Below are positions 23,201 to 36,239 of a stretch of 64,000 nt of DNA, piece after piece. The notes below the pieces were generated by a model. The model saw nothing but the letters and a program-made list of their open reading frames with translations. It was not told where the DNA came from and searched no databases. The translations under genes and the position numbers were made by a program. This stretch comes from Isurus oxyrinchus (lineage: Eukaryota): positions 2,232,001 through 2,296,000 of the forward strand of contig JANJGN010000038.1 of the NCBI GenBank assembly GCA_026770705.1. Direction: 5' to 3'. Every line of letters begins with the position of its first letter. The stretch's first letter is position 1.

Positions 23201-23548
23201 TGCCCCCCCACCACCACTAGAGCTATACTTTGGGTGCCCTACCATCCATTCTTAATCAGCACATTCGTTTAGATAATATCACCAACCTCAACACCTCTGT
23301 GTGCTTTTGTTCTTCAGTCTGTGACATCTTTTGATTATCTGCTCCTATCACTGCTTGCTTGTCCCTGCAACCACACCACCCCTCCACTTCTCCCCCCCCC
23401 CACCTTAAACCATCTTATATTTCACCCGTCTTCTTGGATTCAACCAGTACTGCTGAAGGGTCCCGAGGACTCGAAACGTCAACTTTTTTCTTCTCCGTCA
23501 ATGCTGCCAGACCTGCTGAATTTTTCCAGGTAATTCTGTTATTGTTTA
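20293..23548 (+). mobile_element. Longer Neptune Penelope copy: inverted pLTR (20293-20600), disrupted ORF (about 20600-23100), forward pLTR
   Basis: LSDAERSVLSKGLSFIP N-terminal motif, RT (RYIDD) and GIY-YIG in several frames. Stop at about 21179 and frameshifts near 21830 and 22540-22590. Confidence 0.95.
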
Positions 23549-24090
23549 GCATTTATTACCCATCCCCAGGTAAGGGCAGCAGGTTTCCCTCCGTAAAGGA
23601 CATTAGTGACCCAGATGGGTTTTTACAACAATCTCCAATAGTTTCATGGTCACCATTGGACTTTTAATTCCAGATTTTTATATTACATTCAAAATCAATA
23701 ACATTGTGGATCCTGTCAAAGTCCTGGTTCAGTTGTAAATATATAAAATCCCTCTCCTTCCTCCTGCACTTCCCACCCACTCCCCACTCCCCCCCCAACC
23801 CCCGCCAACCCCTCCACCGCCCACCCACAGCCTCCCTCTCTCTCTCTCTGCCTCTCTACATAGAGGCCAGGGTCTCATGTAGGCCTTGACTGGGTTGCAG
23901 GTTCCCTTCCCTGAAGGACATTAGTGAACCAGCTGTTTATTTATGACAATCCAGCAGTTTTCATGGTCACTTTTTCCTCGTGCCGGCCCCACAAATGACC
24001 AGATTCATTCAGCTCAATTTCACAACCTGCCTTTGTGTTTTTGTGGGTTCTCTCTCACTCCCTTTTTTCTGTTTTAAATCAGTTTCACAG

Positions 24091-25144
<1,054 letters not shown>

Positions 25145-27689
25145 TCCCAGCCCAGTTATAGGGGTTAAATTATGTTATTGAAGCGCTTTGTGTTAAACAG
25201 CATATTGATTTTTTTTAGTATCTCTGATACAAGTTAGTGTCCTTCGAAGGGCTCTCCCTCTCCCCTGTCTCCTCCATCCTCACCTCCAACAACAAGTGTG
25301 AGGAGCTCATGGAGCTTCTTTGTCACTAAGATTGAGACAATCTGATCAGCTGCCTCTGCTGCTTCTCTCCCTCCCACTAGCCCACTGGGACAAACTGTCT
25401 CTAAAGATCTGCCCTCTCATCTTGAACTCACACCTTCCTTTAGGTTTTTCTCCATTACACCATTACACCCCTCCGTCTTCTCAATGCTCACCTTGTCCAT
25501 GAGACCTGCTCTATTGACCCTATTTCCAATAAACTGCTATCAGTGAGAAGAATGTTGGATGAAGGTTTATGAAGGGTGGAAGATGGGCGACCAGCCAGAG
25601 GAGCATAGGAGTAGTCGACTCTGGAGGTAAGAGGGGCATGGATGACGATTTCAGCAGGAAATTCACTAAAGGGTGTTGGGGAGAACTGATATTCCAGAGG
25701 TGGATGGAGGTGATCTCCCTGATGGAGAGGATGTGTAGTCAGTAACTCAGCCCTCAGTTTAGGGTCTAATAGGAAACTGAGGCTGCAATTGGTCTGGATT
25801 AGCCACAGACCATAGGCAGGGAGAAGGGTGGAGACAGTGATGAAAGAAACAGATTTTATGATGGGGAGATTTGTGAGCTGGATCATTAATCCATCTCCTT
25901 GACTGTAGTTGTGTGGACCTGAGCATTAATTCACCTCTGCCGTAAAGGACTACATGACAGAAACAGTCATTCAATTCAATCGCAATGTGTTCATGAAAAT
26001 TTCCACTCACCAATTGGACTTTCAAGGATGATGATAATTTTCCACGTGACAGAATGTGCCCTGTCAATGACCACAGGAGCCCAGTGAGCATGTGCAGCAC
26101 TGGGTTGTCCTCTGAGCATGTGCAGTGGGGGAGATGAGCAGCATTGCAGAGAGGAAAATGGAGAAGAGGATTGGTGCGATGTCACAGCCTCATTTGACCC
26201 CACTTTTCACTGAGATAGGGGAATGGTTCTTTTAGCAAATTCAGCGGACATGGGAAAGTTGGATGGTCAGTATTGAGTAGGAATAGGGTGGATGGAGCAG
26301 GAGTTGGGTCCCATGGGCAAGATCAGCCCTGAGAGGGCAGGAGGGAGATTGGAGAGAAACTAAAGGAAGATATGGGTTCACGTGGATGTGGAACATCAAG
26401 ATCAGGAGCCAGTAGAAGATTATTTATTGAATAACAGAGAATATAAAGTCCGGAATAAGACCATTTTGTTCAACGAGTTTGTGCTGGTGTTTATATTTCA
26501 CCCACGTTTCCTTCCATTCCATCTGCCTCCTCCCAGCCTTTCAGCTTCTCCTCCTCATGCCTTTTCTCTCATTCACTCATCCCGTTTCCTTTTGAAAACA
26601 TCGAAGCTGTTTCACCTCACCCACCTCCTGTGGCAGTGCATTTCACATTTACTCTGAGTAAAGACACTTCCCCTTGTTTCCCTGTTGGATTTAGTAGCAA
26701 CTATCCTGTATTTATGGCCCTAGGTTTTGATTCTCCCACAAGTGGAAACATTGGCTCCACATCTACCATATACATTCCATCATCATTGAAAAGGCCTCTT
26801 TATGTCACCTCTAAGTCTTCTCTTGTCGAAAGAGAAAAGCCCCAACCAGTTCAATCTTTCCCAATAACTGTAATCTCTCATTTCTGATATCATCCTTGTC
26901 TATCATGTATCCTTGCATCATGTAAATCACCATTGCAAAGTTTATTGCACTTTCGCCAGTGATTATACAGAGTCCAGAGCTTTGCACTGACTCCTATACA
27001 CATTGAACATAACTTTACTGTTTCTGAATTCCATTCTCGTAATAAATCCCAGTCCTTTGAGTATTTTAGTTCAATTGTTGATTTGCCATCATTTTTAACA
27101 TTATTTGTTCATGATATCCTGAGGTTGCCTTGCTTTTCTACCCCATTCATTCTCTTTTTCTCTAAGGTGTAGGAGATGTTTGTCCTCCTCATACCAAAGT
27201 ACATCATTGCACATTATCCATGTTAAAGTTTATTTACCACTTGACTGCACAGACTGCAGGTTTTCTAATGTTGTTTTGTATTATGTTCATCCTTCCTCGG
27301 TGTTGGATACACAGCCTCCAGTTTGTTATCAGCTAAAGATTCACATTGAGTCCCAATCATGAATGTACATTATGACTAACAGTGGACCCAGCACTGATCC
27401 TTATGGATCACCACTTTCAACCTGTTTCCAATCTGAAATTGGTGGGGGGTGGGAGTGAATTGCATGGAATTCGAATCAGGAAGTGAATAAGATAGATGCA
27501 TTTCAGGGGAAAATAGACAGGTCTATGAGGAAAAAGGGAATAGATGGTTACATTGGTAGATGTAGATGAAAAAAGATGGGAGAAGGCTCGAGTGGAGTGT
27601 AAACACCAGCATGGACTGTTTGAGCTGAATGACCTGATTCTGTGCTGTATATCCCCTTTGTAATCTAGCTCTAAATCCACTGTATTATT

Positions 27690-28090
27690 TCTGTCTGGAA
27701 GCAACATGGCATTAAAACTAAAATCAAACTTTACCAGGCCATTATCCTGACCACCCTGTTGTATGGAGCAGAATTCTGGATCTGCTCTTGCAGCCACATT
27801 AAAGCTCTGGAACACGTCCATCAAAGACACCCGAGGTCCATCCTGAGAATTAGATGGCAGGACAACAATCACAAATAACGAGATTCTCCATCACGCTGGG
27901 TTCAACAGCTTGGAGACCACCCTCCAGACAATTCAGCTCCGATGGCCAGGCCATGTTTCCCACATGGACAATCACAGAATTCCCAAGCTGATCTTCCATG
28001 GGGAAGTGTCTCAGGGCAAACATCAAGGTGGTCAGTACAACCAATACAAGGTCACACTAAAAAAGAGCCTCACAAAGTCCTGCGTTGCAG
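27690..28090 (+). mobile_element. RTE-clade LINE 3' fragment
   Basis: TKIKLYQAIILTTLLYGAE.W, ILRIRWQD..TN.EIL, QLRW.GHV..MDNHRIPK.IF.GE. Confidence 0.85.
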
Positions 28091-28119
28091 ACTGCCTCTC
28101 CTCGGAAAACACTGCAGTC

Positions 28120-28680
28120 GGCCGGCTGAGTTCTGGTCACTACATTATAGGAAGGATGTGATAGCACTGGAGAGAATGCAGAGGAGATTTACCAGGATAC
28201 AGCCCGGGCTGGAGTGTCTGAGCTATGAGGAAAGATTGGATAGGCTGGGTTTTATTTCCTTCGAGTAGCAAAAGGGACCTGATAGATGTGGTTTAAGATT
28301 ATGAGGGGCATAGTATGATGGATAGGAAGGCACTTTTTCCATTAGTAGAGGGGTCAATTAACTAGGAGGGGGAGGGCAGGGGGGGCGGATGGGAGCATAG
28401 ATTTAAGGTAAGAGGTAGAAGGCTAAGAGGGGAGTTAAGGAGAATTGATTTTTTTTTTCACCCAGAGGGTGGTGGGAGCCTGGAACTCGCGGCCTGAAAG
28501 GGTGGTTGTGTCAGAAACGCTTGTAACATTTAAGAAGCGTTTAGATATTCACTTGCATTGCTTTAGCCTCCAGGGCTTTGGGCCAAGCGCTGGAAAATGG
28601 GACTGGTGTAGTCAGATCTTTGTGAGCAGCATGGGCACAATGGGCTGAATGGCCTTCTCCTGTGCTGTAAATATCTATGA
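28120..28680 (+). mobile_element. CR1 LINE 3' end
   Basis: FWSLHYRKDVIALERMQRRFTR..PGL..LSYEERLDRLG and FFTQRVVGAWN, then 3' UTR. Confidence 0.9.
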
Positions 28681-28859
28681 GTGTAGAAGTGGAGGCAAGC
28701 ACTGAAATTTTATTCAGCGTGTTTTGAGGACCATCTACATCAAACTCAACATCTGACATGCCCAGAGGAAGGTCAGAGGTGGCACAGGTGCAGAAGTTCA
28801 CCCAAGCACCACCAACAACAATATGAAAGGCCAGTTCTGTGGATGTCCATGCTGATCCC

Positions 28860-29815
28860 ACACCGAACTCTTCAGTCAGGACAGGATCCACAGAAAATGA
28901 TTAAATCATTTACAGTTTGGACACAATGGAACAATGAGCAGTTCATCACAATATTATCCCTGTTGTCCAGATCAGGGGACGATATTTGTCTGTATTATTG
29001 CAGTGCTGTTAGTAAAATCAGTGTGAGACAATCTTTTGTTGTGAGATTGATTATCTGGTGTCACAAACCACAAGATTCAACATTTAGAGTCAACAAGATG
29101 AACAAGGGAACACCAATTGTCCAGCTCAATGTTCACAGGAAAAAGTCTGTTTTCTAATACCTCGAGTGGACAGAATAGAGAAAGATTCCAACTGTAAGAA
29201 ACCCTCGAATCATTTGTAAATATCTTTCAAATGTTGACAAGTTCCAGCTGTCAGACTCCATCACATTGAAGTTAATGGAAGGTGAGAGAGCAGTTATTCG
29301 AGAGCTTTAAAAAACACTAGTTAGAGCACAGCTAGAGTATTGAGTCCAGTTGTAGTCAGCAAATTACAGGAAGGATGTGATCACACAGGAGAGAGCACAG
29401 GAGAAGAGATTTATCTGGATGTTGCCAGGACTGGAGAATTTTAACTCTGAGGTAAGATCGGATCAGCTGGGGTTGTTTTCTTTGGGACAGGGGAGGAAGA
29501 GAGGAGATTTAACTGAGGTATATAAAATTATGAGGGTCCCAGGTGGAGTGGATAAGAAGGACCTATTTCATTTACAGAGCGGTCAGAACCAAGAGGACAG
29601 AGATTGAAAGTAATTGGTGGAAGATTAGAGGGGAGTTCAATAATGACTTTACTTAGAGGGTGATGGATCTTGGAACTTACTGACTGAAAGGCTGATAGGG
29701 GCAGAAATACACAGATTTAAAAGGTACTGGGATATACACTGGATGTGCTGTAACCTACAGGATTACGGACCAAGAGCTGGAAAGTGGATTAGACTGGATT
29801 GCTCATTTTCGGCTG
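28860..29815 (+). repeat. Segmental duplicate (unknown module plus CR1 3' end); inverted partner at about 48690-49660
   Basis: caccgaactcttcagtcagg...gttaatggaaggtgagag, the CR1 tail and ggatgtgctgtaacctacagg all recur on the minus strand. Confidence 0.85.
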
Positions 29816-30130
29816 GTAGAAGCTCCTCTGCAGCCGGCGAGGATTTGGATACGCGCCGGGAGCAATGGAGCCGGCGGCTGGTCGGGAAGGTTTTTAAACA
29901 CCCGGTGAAGGCCTCAAACCCCGAACAGAGACCTGCAGGTCCTGGGTTTGCAGCTCCAGGGCTTTTAACCGAGACTAGACCCAGATGAACGGCCGCCATC
30001 TTGTTTCAGAGGGGAGCAGGGCGCATGGGCGCAGGGCTTGATGACGCCACAGTGGGCGGGGCTTCAGCGTGCCTGTTCCCAGCCAGGTCCAAGTGCCCGG
30101 TCGGTGCATAAATCTGGAAAACAGGTTTTC
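29815..30130. promoter_or_regulatory. CpG-rich ZNF promoter module
   Basis: Locally CpG-dense. YY1 motif GGCCGCCATCTT near 29991, GC box near 30052, and an aatggagccgg...aaacacccggtg block shared with 45365 and 52450(-). Candidate intron 30320-30741 (gtaagt...ttttacag). Confidence 0.65.
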
Positions 30131-30912
30131 CCACAGCTTTGCCCACTTTCAGGCTGCAGGTGATCTTTGAAGCGGAGAGGAGTTCACGGGCCTTGTATAT
30201 ATTCAGAGTGAGAGGTTGCAGCCCCTGTGTGGTTACCTGAAGGGGATGATCCTCAACCTTTGGTGACACTGCTGTCCCATTCTTTGAATCTTTGTCTGAC
30301 CAGTGTGGAGGGGGAGTGGGTAAGTCAGAGAATCTTCTCCTGAAACTGTTCATGGGCCAGGTTAAAACATGAATTTGCAGATCCAGGATGGGTGACACAC
30401 ATGGGGGTGGTCACACTGGCTGACGACCTCTCTTCCGTGGTCTTGTCCGTGCCTGGGTGTCCCTGGAGAGGGAACATGCGGTGTCCATCGGTACGCTTGA
30501 TACCTTCCATAACCAGTGGGCACCTCAGGGTACAGAGTGTCTCATAGACACTGGAAACAACATTCTGCTTTAGTTAGGGAGGTTCCCTTTGCTTTTTTGG
30601 GACTTTGTTGCTGATTTGAGCTTCTTTTAGTTTGATTGGACCACATGTTTGGGGAAAGAATGTCCCAAAGAAACTTGAATTGTCTGTTTTGAATTTCTAT
30701 CCTGTACTTACAGTGATGGTTTTTGTAAACTCCTTTTACAGGGGAGAAGAGGGAGATGATTTGCAGACGGGAAACTCAAACCAAACATCACAACAAGATC
30801 TGACCGCATCACTCGATTCATCAAGACCTAAATATCATTGGACATTGACTGTGAAAGGAGGTATATTTGTCTGTTCTGTCTGTGGGCAAAGATTTGAAAC
30901 ATCAGTGTGACT

Positions 30913-31053
30913 NNNNNNNNNNNNNNNNNNNNNNNNNNNNNNNNNNNNNNNNNNNNNNNNNNNNNNNNNNNNNNNNNNNNNNNNNNNNNNNNNNNNNNNN
31001 NNNNNNNNNNNNNNNNNNNNNNNNNNNNNNNNNNNNNNNNNNNNNNNNNNNNN
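30913..31053. other. Assembly gap (141 N)
   Basis: Run of n. Confidence 1.
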
Positions 31054-31199
31054 TGATTGTAGAAGGAGCTTTAACCTGTTATACCACCTGAAACAAAGAT
31101 TTCACCATGCACAGCGGGGAGAAACTGTGCAAGTGTACTGTGTGTGGACAAGAATTCAACTGATTATCCAACCTGGAGAGGCACAGGAACATCGACACC

Positions 31200-31928
31200 A
31201 TGGAGAAACCGTGGAACTGCGGGGATTGTGGGAAGAGATTCAGATCCCCCTCTGAGCTGGAAACTCATGGACGCATTCACACTGGGGAGAGACCGTTTAT
31301 CTGTTGCGATTGTGGGAAGGGATTCGCTCGACTAACTAACCTCACTTCACACCAACTTGTTCATTCAGACATGAGACCTTTTAAATGTTGTGACTGTGAG
31401 AAGAGCTTTAAAAGCAAAAAGAATCTGCTAATACACCAGCGAGTTCACACTGGGGAGAGGCCATTCACCTGCTTTGACTGTGGGAAGGGATTCGCTCAGT
31501 TATCCAACCTGCTGCGACACCAGAGAGTTCACACTGGAGAGAGGCCATTCACCTGCTTTGACTGTGGGAAGGGATTCGCTCAGTTATCCAACCTGCTGCG
31601 ACACCAGAGAGTTCACACTGGAGAGAGGCCATTCACCTGCTTTGACTGTGGGAAGGGATTCACTCAGTTATCCAACCTGCTACGACACCAGAGAGTTCAC
31701 ACTGGAGAGAGGCCATTCACCTGCTCCAAGTGTGGGAAGGGATTCACTCAGTTAAGTACCCTCACTTCACATCAACTTGTTCACTCTGACAAGAGACCTT
31801 TTAAATGTTCTGATTGTGAAAAGTGCTTTAAAAGCAGAAAGATTCTGCTGACACACCAGCAAGTTCACACTGGGCAGAAACCATTCAACTACTCCAAGTG
31901 TGGGAAGAGGTTCATTCAACTAACCTAG
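31200..31928 (+). CDS. KRAB-less C2H2 zinc-finger protein, 242 aa, 8 intact fingers; the ancestral frame continues to 32210 past an in-frame TAG
   Basis: Strong ACCATGG start, CxxC-x12-HxxxH repeats with TGERPF linkers, shared ZNF 3' UTR and AATAAA near 32356. Confidence 0.8.
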   Translation: MEKPWNCGDCGKRFRSPSELETHGRIHTGERPFICCDCGKGFARLTNLTSHQLVHSDMRPFKCCDCEKSFKSKKNLLIHQRVHTGERPFTCFDCGKGFAQLSNLLRHQRVHTGERPFTCFDCGKGFAQLSNLLRHQRVHTGERPFTCFDCGKGFTQLSNLLRHQRVHTGERPFTCSKCGKGFTQLSTLTSHQLVHSDKRPFKCSDCEKCFKSRKILLTHQQVHTGQKPFNYSKCGKRFIQLT

Positions 31929-32394
31929 CTCACTTCACATCAACGTGTTCACTCTGAAATGAGACCTTTTAAGCATGCCGACTGTGTGAAAAGCTATAAA
32001 AGCAAAATGCATCTGCTAACACACCAGCGAGTTCACACTGGAGAATGGTCATTGACCTGCTCTGTGTGTGGGAAGGGATTCATTCACACATCCCTCCGGC
32101 TGAAACACCAGCGAGTTCACACTGGAGAGAGACTGTTCACCTGCTCCGTGTGTGGGAAGGGATTCAGTCATTCATCCACCCTGCAGACACACCAGTGTAT
32201 TCACAAGTGACTCCTGGGGTTGGATTCTGCTGTTATTGCTGCTGTTAATCACATCCAGGACTGAACCATGTTCATTCTGACAGTTGGGGTTTGTTTCTGC
32301 TAATGTTAATAATCCCTGTAACTGGGCTGGAATTTAATACTCTGGATAAAGGTTAAATAAATCAGCTTTGTGTCAAACATTGTCGACATATTAG

Positions 32395-32930
32395 TCAAGG
32401 CATTGAATGCAAGAGCAGGGACGTTATGATGGAGCAGTATAAAGCATTAGTTAGGCCACATTTGGAGTACTCTGTGCATTGCTGTTTGCCACACTATAGG
32501 AAGGATGTGATTGCACTGGAGAGGGTGCAGAGGAGATTCACTCAGGATGTTGACTGGGCTGGAGCATTTCAGCTATGAAGAGAGACTAGAAAGGCTACTT
32601 AGTTCTGTTGAACAGTCATATGGACTCGAAATGTTAAATATGTTCCTCTCCGCAGATGCTGCCAGACGTGCTGAGTTTTTCCAGGTACTTTTATTTTTGT
32701 TCTAGAGAGGCTGGGGTTGTTTTCCTCAGAGCAGAGAAGGCTGAGGGGGGACCTGATGGTGGTGCACAAAATTATGAAGGGCATAGATAGGGTGGATAGG
32801 AAGAAATTTTTCTCTTTAATGGAGGGGTCAATACTCAGGGGGCATAGATTTAAGGTAAGGGGCAGAAGGTTTAGAGAGAATTTGAGGATTTTCTTTTCAC
32901 CCAGAGGGTGGGGGCTATCTGGAACCTGCC
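32395..32930 (+). mobile_element. CR1 LINE 3' fragment with nested Penelope pLTR piece (about 32600-32700)
   Basis: The CR1 frame FSYEERLERL / FSSEQRRLRGDL is interrupted by gttctgttgaacagtcatatggactcgaaatg...tttttccaggt. Confidence 0.8.
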
Positions 32931-34591
32931 AGCGAAGCCTACATCCCGTGAATGAATTTAAAAAGACAACACTTTCATCCCAGGAATGAACCGAGTGAAC
33001 CTTCCCTGAAATGCCTCTTATACAACTCCATCCATCCTCAAGATTATCCCATAACTATGTTATCATAAGGTACGAATGGTACGAGCTGGAACTTGGTATT
33101 TCTTATTTTTCAATCCATTTGCTAACAGAATCTCCCCCTCCCATCCCCAGATTCAGACAATGATTAACTGAGACTCAGTCTCTAATGACGGCCTTAAAAG
33201 TGGATAAATCCCCAGGCCCTGGTGAAATGTTGAACTCAGTACCTGGGGGAGTGGTAGAGGCAGGAACTCTCACAACATTTAAGAAGTACTTAGATGAACA
33301 CTTGAAATACCACAGCTAACAGGGCTTTGGGCCAAGTGGTGGAAAATGGATGAGAGGAGATGGGGTTTGATGACAGGCACTGCAAGAATTCACCAAGGCT
33401 CCTTCAACAGCACCATCCAAACCCATGATCACTACCATCTAGAAGGACAAGGGCAGCAGACAGATGGGAACACTACCACCTGGAAATTCCCCTCCAAGTC
33501 GCTCACCATCCTGATATGGGAATATATTGCCATTCCTTCACTGTCGTTGGGTCAAAATCCTGGAACTCCCTTCCTAACAGCACTGTGGGTGTACCTACAC
33601 TACATGGACTGCAGCGGTTCAAGAAGGCCGCTCATCACCACCTTCCCAAACGCAACATGGGATGGGCAACAAATGCTGGCCCAGCCAGTGAAGCCCATAT
33701 CCCATGAATGAATAAAAAAAAAACAGAACATGAGTGGTTAGTGTGGCAAGTAGAATAAAACAACGTTTTAAATTATCAAAACATCAATACATATTCCACA
33801 GAAAAGTTGTCTCTCAAACATTTAGGAAAGAATTAAACACATTGAATCTAACAAAGTGAACCAAATTAATTTGAAGAGGGGAATAGAATCTGGATTTAGA
33901 AAATATCCACAAGGTGGATGAAGGTGAACACAGAGGTAGAGAATCTTTAAAGTCCGTGCATGAACTTTTGAACCAGATGTATTTACGACATGTCTATAAT
34001 TTAGATTGTGTGAGATGATGGACAGGTGGAGAGGATGAATATAAGTCGATAGTTATCACATTTAGTGGAAAAGTTTTGACATTTATTCTTGGTAGCAGCT
34101 CAAGTGCTGGTGTTGCTGATTCTGATCATTCTAGTTGGTTTAGCATGTTATCTATGGTTTGTCATCAAGAAATTAGGAAAACAAGCTCGGAGCTTAGAAA
34201 TAGTGACGTTAGTCAGAAATCAGTTGTGAGAAGTCAATAAGGTTATTCCCTTCTCAAACTGGGGAGATCTGTGAGAAATCACTGCCTAATTAACCTTATA
34301 AAATCTTCAGAAATTTATTCAACATAACAGAAATAGCTCTCTCTCTCTCTCTCTCCCTTGTTTAGGAAGAAAGATTCCTGGCTTGATAAACATCGGACAA
34401 TGTACCCCTATGATAACTCATTGGGATGGTCTCAGTAGTTACGGGATGGAATTTGTAGTAGTGATTGAAGACAATGGCTTTTGTCTCCAATTTTTAATTG
34501 GAAGAACTTTCTGCTCATCCAGTACTGGGTGTGGGATAAGCAGTTGGATAATTTCGTAACAGTGGAGGAATGGAAAGGGATGGTGGCGAGG

Positions 34592-35395
34592 TAGACCCTC
34601 CGGGACACCCTGGTCCACTCCTCAATCACCCCCTACATCTCAAGCCCCTCCCACGGCACCTTCCCATGCAACCACAGAGGGTACAACACCTGCCCCTTTA
34701 CTTCCCCCCTCCTCACCATCCAAGGGCCCAAACACTTCTTTCAAGTGAAGCAGCATTTCAGTTGCACTTCCCTCAGCTTAGTCTACTGCATTCGTTGCTC
34801 CCAATGCAGTTTCCTCTACATTGCAGAGACCAAACGCAGACTGGGTGACCGCTTTGCAGAACACCTTCGGTCTGTCCACAAGCATTACCCAGACCTCCCT
34901 GTCGCTTGCCATTTCAACAGTCCATCCTGCTCTCATGCCCACATGTCCGTCCTTGGCTTGTTGCATTGTTCCAGTGAAGCTCAACGCAAACCGGAGGAAC
35001 AGCACCTCATCTTCCAACTAGGCACTTCACTGTCTTCCAGTCCGAATATTGACTTCAACAATTTTAGATCATGAACTCTCTCCTCCATCCCCACCCTCTT
35101 TCTGATTTCCCCCCTTTTATTTTCAATAATTTATATAGATTTTTCTTTTCCCACCTATTTCCATTATTTTTAAATGTATTTCCATCCATTATTTTATCTC
35201 TGCCTTTTAGCCTTTTTTGATTCCTTCACGCCACACTCACTAGGGCTATCTGTACCTGGCTTGTCCTGCTTTCTAACCTTAATTAGCACATTCCTTAGAT
35301 AATATCATCACCTTCAACACCTCTTTGTCCTTTTGTCTGTGACATCTTTTGGTTATCTCCAACTATCACTGGCCCTCTATCCAGCTCTACTTGCA
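34592..35395 (+). mobile_element. Neptune Penelope 3' fragment (GIY-YIG plus partial pLTR), older subfamily
   Basis: LVYCIRCSQCSFLYIAETKRRLGDRFAEH...VACHFN. Confidence 0.92.
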
Positions 35396-36239
35396 GGTGT
35401 ATGTGAACACCATCATCTCCAAGATCCCTTCCAAGTCACACACCATCCTGACTTGTCTGGATCAACAGAAATTTCCTCTGTTTAAATATTGGGAAGACTG
35501 AAGCCATTGTCTTCAGTCCCCACTACAAATTCCACTCCCTGACCACCGGCTCCATCCCTTTTACTGACAACTGTGTGAGGCTGAACCAGACTGTGTATAG
35601 GAACATAGGAGCAGGAGTAGGCCATTCAGCCCATTCTGCTCCACCATTCAATCTGTTCGAAGTCTTTTCCCACACTATCCACATATCCCTTTATGTAACT
35701 GCTCAACCTGTCATCCATTCCTTTGTTCTGTCTAAAGTTAACTATCAGAACACACTCCCAGCCGGCCTCCCACATTTAGCCTCCATGTAATCCAAAACTC
35801 TGCTTCCTCGCACCAAGTCTTGTTCATCCATCACCCCTGTATTCACCGACTTACAAAGCCTCTGGGTTAAGGAGAACCTCAATTTTAAATTTCTCATCCT
35901 TGTTTTCAAATCTCTCCATGGTCTCTCCCTCCCTACCTCTATAATCTCTTTCAGACTCACAACCCTCCGAGGTTTCTACACTTCTCCAATTCCGACCTGC
36001 TCAGCATTCCTGATTTTAACTGCACCACTTTTGGGTCTCCTCCAGCAGCTGCCAAGACCACAAGCTCTGGAATTGCCCCGCTAAACCTCTCCAGTTCACT
36101 TTCCTCCCTTAAGATAATCCATAACGCCTACCTCTTTGAGTAAACTTTTGTCCATGTGGCTCCGTGTCAAATGTTGCTTTCTAACACTCCTGTGAAACAC
36201 CTTGGTACCATTATACAACAGAATTAATTAATTACCATT

